From: Sporopachydermia quercuum
Lineage: Eukaryota
Assembly (NCBI GenBank): GCA_001599295.1
Contig: BCGN01000010.1
Location: forward strand, 62,001 to 126,000
Direction of reading: 5' to 3'
Length of the DNA: 64,000 nucleotides
A program made the translations under genes and the position numbers. The notes below the pieces were generated by a model. That model searched no databases. It was given only the letters and a program-made list of their open reading frames with translations, and was not told where the DNA came from. Positions within the stretch are counted from its first letter, which is position 1; the number at the start of each line of letters is the position of its first letter. Of the stretch, positions 1-11,089 are shown one piece after another.

Positions 1-1
1 G

Positions 2-331
2 GACCGATTACTTGAGAATGGCAATTCAAGTTCGGAACACGGCTCAACATCGGAAGCAGACTCAACTACAAGTTCCAGCGTAACTTCAACCTCGGCTGCG
101 CCATCATCTAGACGTCGGATGAGGAAGAACACTTGCTATGAAGCAGTTTATCATAAAGCGTCTAAATTACTCAATGGATACCCTCTAACTAAAGGACAAC
201 AAATGGGAGGATTCAATCTCGGCAGTACTGTTGTGTTGGTTTTTGAAGCTCCCCAGAACTTTGAGTTTACTACTAAGATAGGTCAGAAGGTTAAAGTAGG
301 AGAAGGTTTAGGTGTTATTAAGGATGATTGA
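2..331 (+). CDS. PSD1: Phosphatidylserine decarboxylase 1, C-terminal part (gene starts before the window)
   Basis: Frame is open from position 2 (DRLLENG...) to TGA at 329-331. It contains GGFNLGSTVVLVFEAP, the LGST pyruvoyl autocleavage motif of PSD1. Confidence 0.93.
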   Translation, partial: DRLLENGNSSSEHGSTSEADSTTSSSVTSTSAAPSSRRRMRKNTCYEAVYHKASKLLNGYPLTKGQQMGGFNLGSTVVLVFEAPQNFEFTTKIGQKVKVGEGLGVIKDD

Positions 332-2134
332 GGAAATATAATTGTGGGGTAAAGTTCGAATTCGAATTTGATGTTGCTACTGCAGTAATTGGAATACCAG
401 CATTTATTGTTGTTGGGTTCTTGCACTAATTATAGCTCTGCTACAATAGTTCATTTGATACTACAAACATTCATTTGGTTTCTTTCATATATAGACTGGT
501 TCAAACTACTAGTGAAAAGGATCCTTTGATATTGAACACTATCATCAGCATATAGATAAAAATTATTCAATGCATATTTCATTTTAGTTGATTTCTTGCT
601 GCATAGTAGAGTTAATACAGTTAATGTTCAGCGAAAAACAAATAATACATAATTAATATACTCAAGTTTTTATTGACGGCATTCATTGATTCTTTCATTA
701 ATGTTATAATTAATGTTTTGGTTAATTAATATAACAGAGTTAGTATATCAAAAAACAATGATTTATGATCAATGAATATTAATGTAATTATTGCAGTAAT
801 TGATACGTAATTTATGTAAAAGTTACCACAATCATTACTATTACATTTATAAATTAATGATTCATTAATGCATATGTAATTAATCAACCTCTTATTTACA
901 TTTATTACATTTTTACGGCAACCAATTTTTTTTTCACAATTTCTTCTGAATAGAAAACACACAAACTGAGTATTTGTTAGTTGGCCTTGAATACAAAAGT
1001 CTTGTCAGCAGCAAATGAACAGAAATAAAGCAATCAGTAATTATTGCAATAAGTCGATCTTTCGTTTATTTTCTTGGTATAAATGAAAATAAATGCTCAT
1101 TAGAAGTACAGTAATGAACAACATACGCTTGATGTAGAGCAAATAAGCTTAAATTAAAACTGATTTTTAGAATGCACTATATTATTAGCTTAGCAATAGC
1201 ATAGAGATCATACTGAAAACGTTTCTGCTTCAGGTTAAACGTAGCCAGTTGATTATAATTTGCAGCCGTAAATTCAAGCTCAAGTTTGATATAGTCACAA
1301 GTATTATATTCATTTGTTATCAGTCATTGGTACTAAGTTTAATTCATGCTATTTATACTGTTTATTCAATTTAAGAAATTTATGCTATTAATGCAATTAA
1401 TGTTCATAGCTATAGCGTTGATGAAGATGTAATTTGAACCTTTGAGCCTTTAATGAACTTATCAATATATATATGAGCAGCTCGTTGCGCTGTGTATTTC
1501 ATTGCCGAAATGCTCATCAAAGTTCTCTTGAAGCAACATTGTGTACAGAGGAAGTGATTATTCAGAGCGAGTGACAGGTTTCCCGTTCGATATGAAATCT
1601 GAGGAATAAATGTAATGCAATTGGTGGATGAACTTTATTATGTTATTATGTTATTCTGCATAAAATCTTTGCTGTAAACAGACAGGAGTGCCGGGACGGA
1701 ACGGAGCAGAGCACGTGGAAGGCCAATAGTTGGCAGATTGTTTCCGTAGTTGTTCGCTGTTTCGGATGTTTCCGTGTCATCCCGAATAACGGAAACAATC
1801 AGAATCTCTCTTTCCAAATACCAATTAAAATCACAAACCAATTATTTTGCTGCATCGTTTACTACTACATCGATTCCGCTATTTTCTCCGTTTACTGGTC
1901 TATGTTTTCCACTATCCGTCTCAGATAGTGTCTCCGGTATCCAGAAATCACTCCCCAGGAATATTCGCCCATTTCATCATCTTTTATGCTACACATCCGA
2001 ACTGTTGCTACTATGATTGTTTTAGGTTCAGACGACAAAATGCGTATATTCTTCTTCCGCTTCTTTCCGAAATCTTTTCCTAAATCCGCTCTTATCTTTT
2101 CCTGCATTTTCTCTTATCCTCTCCGCATTTCTTC

Positions 2135-5100
2135 CTATGACAAAAACTTCTTCTTCAGCATCCAAACGTTATTCTTCAAATTCTCAACAAAATGCGTGTT
2201 CAACGGCTGATTTTCACCATTTTCATTGAAATCGGAAAAAGCAAATAGTAATTTCATATTCCACAAATCGTCCATCGATTGTACATTTGAAAGAGTTGAC
2301 TTTAAGGATAATTTTGTATCTGTGATAGTTGACGAGAGGATAATAGGCTGGAAAGGGTCAGTATTAGCTAGATTGGGTTTATGTTAGTATCTGAATGTGG
2401 GATAAGGTGGAAGTAGAGGAAACAATAGAATAAAAAGAGAAAATGATGCTATGCAACCGTTTCCGTAATTCCCATTATTTTTCCTTTCTTCCTTCTTTTT
2501 TTTTTTTGGGAAAAAAAAGCGGAGACTTTTCCCATTAAAAGAACAGAACAATAGAATACTTACCGCTTTTTATCACGTAATTCAGCTCTGATTCATCGAC
2601 ATTGCGGAAAACATTCAACCGAGAAACGGGTTTCAAAACATCCGAGGTCTCAGAATCAAATTCCGCTTCCCGAGATTTAAGCCGAAATTTCACCCAATGC
2701 CGGGAGTTTAGATTAGATTTCTTGGCGATATATATAGTATAATTTCCGGCAATAAACGATCGGGTTAGGAAAGACTCGGAATTGAACTTTAAATCGACAG
2801 GAAAACACCCATCTCGTTCCGTTTTGATCTGAATGATCTCGGATATTTCCGGAATCAATGCCGGAGTCTTAACTGTGATACGCGTACTATTGCCGTCATT
2901 ATTTCCGCCTCTATCTGAACCAGGTTTCAAAGTTATCTCCACTTCCTGGATAATCGGCATCTTACTCTCTGAATCTCGGACAACCAAGCATCGTCGGTTT
3001 ACCGCTAATGCCCAGAAATGCCGAAGTGCTTGTAAATAAACTCCTTGATCTTCAGAATCTCTTGGCAGTAACGGATAAAATGATATGACCATGCATGCAA
3101 CTGAAAACACGTCCCGGGAAAACCCGTATTGTCCGCCTCCGAGAAATAAGATCCCCAGACCTAAGCTCGATGCCACGTTAACGCCAAATTTCTGCGTTTC
3201 CAATACTTGGTTATGTAATATTCGAAGTCTCCGAAGTACTCGTAGATCACCCGTACCGGCGACAATCACCGATAATAACAATCCAAGTAGTCCAGTAAGT
3301 TCGGACACAGCTTTCCGGGTCAATTCGGAATCAAATCTCCGAGCTTCTAATCCCGAGATTCGGAAAAACTGGTCGAAAACTGATTCAATTGTGTCCCGAG
3401 CTTCGGAATTGGACGTCGATGCAAACCTCATTGCTATGGCAAACGCAGCTCCGGCGATAATGTTAAAATATCCAAGCTGGGAGCTGGAAAGCTCCGAGAT
3501 TTCGGATAATGAGTACTTCTCGGATAAAACCGGTGGGACTTGTTCGTTTATCCATTGCAAATTGGGACGTATTTCCGACCAGCAGATTAAATTCCGGCTT
3601 AATACTAATATTAGAAGTAAATCTGGTCGGATGTAATCTAATAGTTGAATAGTATTAGGTATACAAAGCCGTTCATACATGTATTTCTCTTCTGTTTGTA
3701 GAAACATAAACCCGAGTGCTAAAATCCCCCCGCTTCCGCTTTGGTCGTATTCTATCCGAGTTTGGAAGTCCCTTTTCCCTATTGCCAAATTAAGTAGCCT
3801 TTCTTCAAGTCGCAAATCGCCTAATCCGGCAGGAGGCCGACCTCGGCCTAGGTTAATCAAACCTAAACTTATCCCTGCCGAAAGTCGATAAGCTTCTGTC
3901 CCATTTCCGGGGCTCACATCTATTCCATCATTGCTGTCCGATCCCGACGGTGTCCCAGATATCTCGGATAACTGAATTTCACACATTCGACGATGCTGGC
4001 TTCCGAGGAACAATAAACCTAATCCAATCAACCCCGCAGTTTGCACTTGCGGATGCACATTCAGGTTCGACGACCCCGCAGGAAGCATTGCTATCACATG
4101 CACAGAGAGAATTTTAGTAAGCATAGAGTTCATAGACCCTCGGGCTGAGGCCGCCATTCCGATGAGTAAACCTACCGATGTGTAAAGGTGCTTTGGCCCA
4201 AGGTAGTTGTACATATGCCACTCTTCCAGATGACGCAAATGGCCATTTAATCCGAGGCCCAAGAGGAAACCGGAGTGATTCGGAGTTAAACCTTCGGTAG
4301 GTTTATTGAAAACGACCCAGGATCCGGATATTCCGGCGAAATCTCGGGATATACTTAACCCCGCATTCACCCCACAATGGAAGTTGGCCCAGTTAAGTGA
4401 GTTATCCGAAAACTCGGATTTATCCGGGAATAAAGTTCCTAAATGGGGTTTAATTTGTACACCAAGATTAAGTTTCGGAATAGGACATTTTTCGGTTAAA
4501 AGCGGAACTCTGGCGGAAAATCCAAGGGCGGATTTGCCGAATGCAGCGGCTAAAGTTCTTATTGCTACCGAAACAGTTAATTCGTTCCGCTTATTGATTA
4601 CCGAGCTTTCCGACTCAACTTCTGCTTCAAGCTCAATTTCCGGCTCATTTTCGGCGTTTGGTATCCGAGTAATTCCGTTTATGGCTTCTGTTCTGGTCGA
4701 AAACCCTATGTTGGGTGTAACTTTATTAGGGAAAGTTATTATCTGGGGTTTCGTATTCTGTAGTAGCTTCTGGGCTTCCGCAAATCTCCGATCAGTTGAG
4801 AAAATTAATCGAGTCACCGCTATCCGATCCGCCTCGTACCGAGAGTCCCATGGACTCACAACCTCTGGATCTCGGAGCGAATGCAGTAAACTGCGGATGT
4901 CGGAAGTTTTATCAGAAGATGCCGACATTCTCGGTAAAGATTGGAATATATCGGAAGAGGTTAAAGCTAAAAGGTCTGTTCTGCCCGTTAATTGCAATTG
5001 AGCCTTCAGCTGAGTTTCATTTGTTGTTCCGAGCCTTTCCGGTTCAAATTCCGATGCCGAGGCTAATTCTGAAGTTAATTCTGATGAGGAGAAACTTGTA

Positions 5101-7220
5101 GAACATCCGAGAATAGAGGTTTTCAAGGGAACGGAGATTCCGTCGGGAAAAAACTCTAAATCTCGGGCCGAGATACCTAATTCTGCCATCATATTGATAA
5201 CGTCACGAGCGGAAAATGCCGAAGACACAATACCTTCATATAGTTTTAGTACAGCGAATATCCGAGGGGTTACAAACTCATCAATCTCCTCTGAGCCTTC
5301 GGCCAATTCCGACAACGTAATCAACGGAATTATCGGGCCGCGGAATAAACTAACTAGTGATTCTGTCACATTGGGCGGAGTTTTAACTATTTCCGGTAAT
5401 AAAAGTCGAGATTTCCGGTCGAAATCACCGTTGCCGAGATCATAGTAGTAGATCCACTTATCTGACCATCCGAGCCATGCACAGAGCTGACGAATTAAGG
5501 TGCCGATATTATTTACATGTGAATTATCCGGTGCTGTGGTGTCTAACTTAAAATCCTCTCGGATTAAATGCAATCCGAGAATTATCGAAGGTAGAAGGTC
5601 GGATAGAATAGCGACCTTTGGTTCAGAATTATTCGGATAAGGGAATTGGGATAGAAATCCAAATTGGGGAATATCCCATTCCGAGTTTAACTCCCAATCG
5701 GGAAAACAAGCAATGAAGTATCCAAAAATCACGTACACAAATGCCTCCCATTCGTTCTTACTCGAAGAATACCGTAAGGCCGAAAACCATAAAAGCCGAG
5801 CTTGCTGATAGATTTGATCTCCGGCTAAGATTCGGAATATCTGTAAACCTCGGGACACAATCTCTGTTTTGGGAGATAGAGTCAAGGTTAACTGAACCAC
5901 TGATGNTTGTGCGTCGCATGTAAGGTACAAATTGTCATGAGAATAGCCGAGAAAAGTATGGAAAGATAGATTCAGCGGGATTGGTTCCGAGCTTAGATTC
6001 CGAAACGGATCAATGAGTTTGAAGTTTCGGGAATTCTCGGAAACTATAATCAGGGCAGGGTCTGATTTAGGGGTTTTGTGGCAATTCCCAGGCGAGTGTC
6101 CAAGTAAATTACCTGATTTGTCCGAGTTACTGTAATTCGGGTGCAGAGATGGTTTGGAATAAATGCCAATGAAATCTCGGGCAGCAAAAGTTGACCGAAA
6201 TTGAAACTTTGGAACATTTATCGGGCCGGAAGCGGAACGGAACATGAATAAGCTTGCTAAGTTAACATTCATATGGAGAAGAATTAGCACCATTTGATCG
6301 TCGGAATCGATTAAGTCGGCTTTATGGATGCCGAAATCGGCCGAGACTCTGAACTGATTTATTTTTGTAACCACTAAGTCTCTTCTAAGCATTGAAACTT
6401 CTAGTAAACTTACGGGATTATTGTTTCCGAAATCGCCTGAAGGTTCAAACGAGGAAACTCGGTTATCTTTCCCAATTGAGTCAAATTGACCGTGTTCTTC
6501 CGATACCGGAAGTCGAGATGCCGAGCTTATCCGCCGAGATGAGCTTCTTCTCCGGGCATTTCCTCCTAATTGGCCCGAAAATCCTAAATGACGCTTGGCT
6601 AATGATCTCATATGATACACAAATAAAACCTCATTAGCTAAAGTTACAAACAGAGAGGATCGATTATCCGGTGACACAAACACAAGATCCTCGGAACCGG
6701 AAATTGCCGAAGTCGATGAGGACACAACTGTGCCTAAATCAAGTATCGGATCAATCATTGAAAAAAAGATTGGAGCAGTCGTTGGAAGTTGTAGTTCCGC
6801 ATCCGAGATTTCGGGCTTGCGCTGAAGTATTAATCCCCGATCGTACGGAAATACCCGCTCGGGTTTAAAAGGAAGATGTACCACGTGAGTTCTTCCATCA
6901 GTGTAGTATATATGGCAGAATTCGGATATTATCACAGCCAACGCTTCGGAAGTGGATACGTAAGTGGATGAGGACACTGATGCCGAAGAAGATACGGAGG
7001 ATGACCGGAATTCGGTAATAACAGCATGATCTATAGAGGAGTTGTTGTAGGTGAGTGTTTTCAGTGGTAATCCGCCCTGTGTCCATATGGCTTTGTCTTT
7101 GTATATGTAAATAGTATCGCCATGTTTTGACATCAGAATTTTATTAGGAGTTTCACCGTCAGGAGGACCGTTGGGATGGTTGTGTGACCACGGAACAAAA
7201 GCTTCTACTGCGTTTTTCAT
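2135..7220 (-). CDS. APC1: Anaphase-promoting complex subunit 1; exons 7220-2564 and 2367-2135
   Basis: 1561-aa ORF with PC repeats (HSGFLLGLGLNGHL, SVGLLIGMAAS, LQALRHFWALA). Splicing out 2563-2368 adds in-frame ...ANTDPFQPIILSSTITD...DDLWNMKLLF...VENLKNNVWMLKKKFLS*, which resembles fungal Apc1 C-termini. Confidence 0.93.
2368..2563 (-). other. Spliceosomal intron near the 3' end of APC1 (196 nt)
   Basis: GTAAGT donor at 2563, TACTAAC branch point at 2389-2383, TAG acceptor ending at 2368; splicing keeps the frame. Confidence 0.88.
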
Positions 7221-8306
7221 TTTGGATCACAATATTGAGATTTCTTCCGAGATATCTTCCGTCAGTAGGTTTTGTTGTGGGAGCAACTGGTTGCCGCTTG
7301 AGAGCAATGGATTGTAGAATAACGGACTAATTGCCAGTTTGGCACAAAATACCGTCTTTCTAATAGTAAACAAACACGGAAGATCCAATAAGTCAATCTC
7401 TCATGTATTTTCGGCAGGATTTAATTTTGAGAACACATGGAAATAGGCATGGAAATGTGTGACCCATATTTTCAGTGCAGTAGATAAGATATGCATATTC
7501 ATTTATGTACATAGTAAAAAATGACAAATTGTTTTGGAATGACACAATGCGTTTTCAGTGATCATATGCAAGGAAAGTTATTAAGAGATAATTTCATAGA
7601 AGTGAATGACTGGTGCGTAACAGAGCAAATACCGATTAAAAAAAATTTTGTTATCAAAACTTTCTTATATTTGAAACTATGATGAGCTTTATATATTTAT
7701 TAAATCTACTATTGATTCAAATATATTCAATTGTTTTACTTGGTGGCAGTGAAGAATAGTAGGAAGTTGAGACATAATGTTAGAACTCTATTACGTCTTG
7801 ATAGATTTCATGTCATAGATATGTGAACCATTGTCTGTGAATAGAAGTAATTGCTTCTGTTGTAAAGTAGTTGATATGTTCTTCTACAACAGAACAGAAA
7901 GTTGGATGAAGCCAAGTAAGCATTATTATAAAAACCAATTATTTCATAACCAACAAAACATATTATGTCTTCTGTTTTCTCTTATATCATGTCAATCAAC
8001 TTATACTCATCTCATCTGTTCATGTCATGACTTGTCCCATGTCACCTTACTTTTCAGAAACCACTCTCTATTATGGGGCAATATTTATATAGCTATCCAA
8101 CAGTATTCATTGTTAACACTTGCCTTGTAGACATACATATACAACAATCAATAAAACAACTGTAAAATCTACAATAGTACTGTGAAGTCGCTTTCAATTC
8201 AATAAATTTATAGTATCTCAATCGATCAGTTGGTTTCGTTACCATATCTGCTTCCGCCCCAAGCATCTTTTCATTGTACGACTAGACCACGACATATCAT
8301 ATCACA

Positions 8307-8579
8307 ATGGGGGAATCTAACATAATAAGCATATTCAAACCAAGACCCGAAGGCGAAATTGAAGTAGAAGATTGTTTTGCTTGTCAAATGATGTCAGCAG
8401 CGTTTTTGTCCGGTGCTGGAATCTATCTTGCAACAGGGGCAGTGTTCAGTGATAAACCAAATCCTGCTGTCTCTGCGAGATGGAAAACATCTGTTAAATG
8501 GTTTGGTATGGCAATGATAGGTCTAGGGATTTACAGAGCAGGAGAAGGATTTGTATGGAAGAAAAATGAGTATTTTTAA
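8307..8579 (+). CDS. Small DUF4536-like (YDL157C/DMAC1-like) membrane protein, probably mitochondrial
   Basis: 90 aa with DCxxC (EDCFACQ) followed by two Gly-rich hydrophobic helices ending GIYR. Confidence 0.75.
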   Translation: MGESNIISIFKPRPEGEIEVEDCFACQMMSAAFLSGAGIYLATGAVFSDKPNPAVSARWKTSVKWFGMAMIGLGIYRAGEGFVWKKNEYF

Positions 8580-8711
8580 TTGAATATTCTCATGTAAATA
8601 GGAATATATGACAACGATATATGATTGATTTTAGGAAGTTATGATATGGGGTAATACTGTATTGAACAGTACAACTTATTCTTAAAAGGGAACAATTACA
8701 ACATTATTGTT

Positions 8712-9584
8712 CTATAATGCTAAGCGTCTTTTAGCAAAACAATAGAAAGTTGACCATTCAATTTTGATAACGGTTTCATCAGTCCATCCTAGTTTCTCTT
8801 TCAATTCATCAATGAACTGATCAGCAACATCTCGCTCATTAGGATTCTCTTCTTTCCAAGTATGGTAGCCACTCCAAGTAGTTACATAGCGTTTGATTTC
8901 AATTAAACGAGCATTTTTACCAATATATAAAGCCGTTGGTACCTTGTCACCTTTTTCAGGTTTATAAGTGACCAATTCAATGTTCTCATACAAATCATTA
9001 GGTGGTAGTACTGTAGGGTAGTAATACCTTAGAATGTCTCTGTTAGGTTGCTCCCAATAAGGACCAATGAATCTCGGATCATCATATGTGTATTTTGAGT
9101 ACAGCTCATTCGCTAAAGGACAGTCAATGAAAACAGGATCTTTATACATCCAAATAGCGAAAGTTCCACCAGGTTTCAACAACTTGCTTACGACAGAAAA
9201 TACCTGATGAGAATCAAACCAATGAAAACACTCAGCAGCAGTGATCAAAGAGAATTGTGTACCTGCTGCGAAATTAGTATCAACAGTCTCTGCTTTGGAA
9301 ATAATGAAGCTTACTTTGTTTTTAATATCGTCATGAGCACCATTTTCTAATGCTTCGTTTGCTTGATTGATCATTACTTTAGAAGGATCTGCACCAATGA
9401 TTTGTTTATCAACGAACTTAGCCAACGCCATTGTAGCTTCTCCTGGTCCACACCCTAAGTCAAGAGCAGTTTCTATGGAGGCATTGTGATATGCAATCAG
9501 CTTTTCATAAAACTGGTCATCATATGTTGGTCTGAACTCTAGATAGTTAGACGATGAGAAGTTGGAATTTGAAAAGGTAGCCAT
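8712..9584 (-). CDS. TMT1: SAM-dependent methyltransferase, trans-aconitate 3-methyltransferase (Tmt1/Crg1)-like
   Basis: MATFS...Y..FRPTY N-terminus, LDLGCGPG motif I, LITAAECFHWFD, LKPGGT, PYWEQP, TWSGYH. Confidence 0.8.
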   Translation of the reverse strand: MATFSNSNFSSSNYLEFRPTYDDQFYEKLIAYHNASIETALDLGCGPGEATMALAKFVDKQIIGADPSKVMINQANEALENGAHDDIKNKVSFIISKAETVDTNFAAGTQFSLITAAECFHWFDSHQVFSVVSKLLKPGGTFAIWMYKDPVFIDCPLANELYSKYTYDDPRFIGPYWEQPNRDILRYYYPTVLPPNDLYENIELVTYKPEKGDKVPTALYIGKNARLIEIKRYVTTWSGYHTWKEENPNERDVADQFIDELKEKLGWTDETVIKIEWSTFYCFAKRRLAL

Positions 9585-10333
9585 TGCAGGTAGTATGTAA
9601 GAATAGACACAGCAATTGAAGAAGAGTCAAGAGAGTTTTCCACCTTACAGAGCTTCGATCTATCAATCAAACCAGCAATCGAATCGAACAGGGAAAGTCT
9701 ATTTAAATAGTCATAAGTAACAGGTATTCCCGATGTTGATAACTAGATTATTCTAAGTGATGAGACACAATAGAGAATTAATCCGGGGTTGTTAGGGAAT
9801 TCAGATTTCTTAGATAGGAAATTTCGTTAGGTTGAAAAACCATGACATAACCTAGCAGAATAACAGAATTCGAAGAAATAATTTGGGCTGCTTCAAAGAT
9901 GAGATAATGATAATACTAGAAATATATTATGAACTCGGNTATCTTGTATTAAGCCATTGTGTGGTATTTATAGCTTGTAAATACAACAGTTGTTGATATC
10001 ATTTTATGCAAATGATCCTTCCGATACCGGTCCTGTAACGGAGAAAAGGTTAAACGTTAAATCTTTTACGGTCTAAACGGGGAATAACCAACTCTTCTCT
10101 TGAAATTTAATGAGGCGGAAATAATTTGAAGATGCACGTGACATGTTTGTAATCAGTGGTCCACTTCCATAAGATGGTGAGGTGAACCGAATTACTTCTC
10201 CTAAGCTTCAGTGCTTATATCGATGGCAAAGGCAACATCTAATCATATAACGGATATCGAATTGGAGGAATATTCCAAATAAACGAAGAAGAGACTTAAT
10301 TCGAGAATATAGCTGGAAGATAGAAAAGCATTT

Positions 10334-11089
10334 ATGATGGCAGTAACAGAAGTGACAAGTGAAACACATTTTACTGATTTGACAACCTCAGTCAGTAAAG
10401 ATCGGTTAACAGCTATTTACTTCCACACACCATGGGCAGCGCCATGCATCCAAATGAACTCAGTTTTTCAACAGTTATCAGAAGTAAACCCTGAAGTTTT
10501 GTTTTTATCTGTTAATGCTGATGATCTTCCTGAAATCTCCGAATTATTTGATGTCACAGCAGTTCCCTTTACTGTTTTTGTCAGAGATGGCACTATTTTG
10601 AAGGAACTATCAGGTGCTGATCCCAAGCAATTTGTAGCTACTTTACAAGAGCTTCTTACAGGTTCAGAAGCAGCTCCGGCAAATGTAGTTACTGGAATTG
10701 CCACTCAACAATCAAATACAGAACCAGACGCACCAGCAGAGACTAATGCCCCAGTACAAGAAGAAAGCGAGGAAGATTTGAATGAAAGACTGAACAAATT
10801 GGTCAGCGCAGCTCCAGTAATGTTATTCATGAAAGGGACGCCAGCAGCTCCACAATGTGGATTTTCCAGACAGATGGTTGCTATTTTGAGAGAGCATCAA
10901 GTTAGGTTTGGATTCTTTGATATTTTAAAGGATGATATAGTGAGACAAGGATTGAAGAAGTATTCGGATTGGCCAACTTATCCTCAACTCTACATCAACG
11001 GAGAACTACAGGGCGGTTTGGATATCATAAAGGAATCTTTAGAAGAAGACCCAGAGTTTTTTACCAAGGCTGTTAACGGGGAACTATGA
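10334..11089 (+). CDS. GRX3: Monothiol glutaredoxin with N-terminal thioredoxin domain (Grx3/Grx4)
   Basis: WAAPC thioredoxin-like motif, then LFMKGTP..PQCGFS and WPTYPQLY..GE..GG. Confidence 0.95.
   Translation: MMAVTEVTSETHFTDLTTSVSKDRLTAIYFHTPWAAPCIQMNSVFQQLSEVNPEVLFLSVNADDLPEISELFDVTAVPFTVFVRDGTILKELSGADPKQFVATLQELLTGSEAAPANVVTGIATQQSNTEPDAPAETNAPVQEESEEDLNERLNKLVSAAPVMLFMKGTPAAPQCGFSRQMVAILREHQVRFGFFDILKDDIVRQGLKKYSDWPTYPQLYINGELQGGLDIIKESLEEDPEFFTKAVNGEL

Noticed and set aside
726..962. 78-aa ORF in the AT-rich tract
   Set aside because: Ile/Asn-rich composition typical of chance ORFs in AT-rich DNA; non-ATG start.
1712..1800. Canonical CDEI-CDEII-CDEIII point centromere
   Set aside because: Only ~20 bp of non-AT-rich DNA separates CACGTG from TTTCCG, and neither matches the full S. 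cerevisiae consensus. Kept only as a non-canonical candidate.
2833..7086. Many long + strand ORFs antisense to APC1 (e.g. 4306-5001, 3085-3636)
   Set aside because: Shadow frames of a real gene; several begin at non-ATG codons and none has recognisable protein motifs.
2535..7220. Horizontal transfer or a mobile element as the cause of the odd composition
   Set aside because: The gene is a normal fungal APC1 with a yeast-type intron, the bias also appears in PSD1, and I see no LTR, TIR or transposase. A phylogeny would be needed to exclude it formally.
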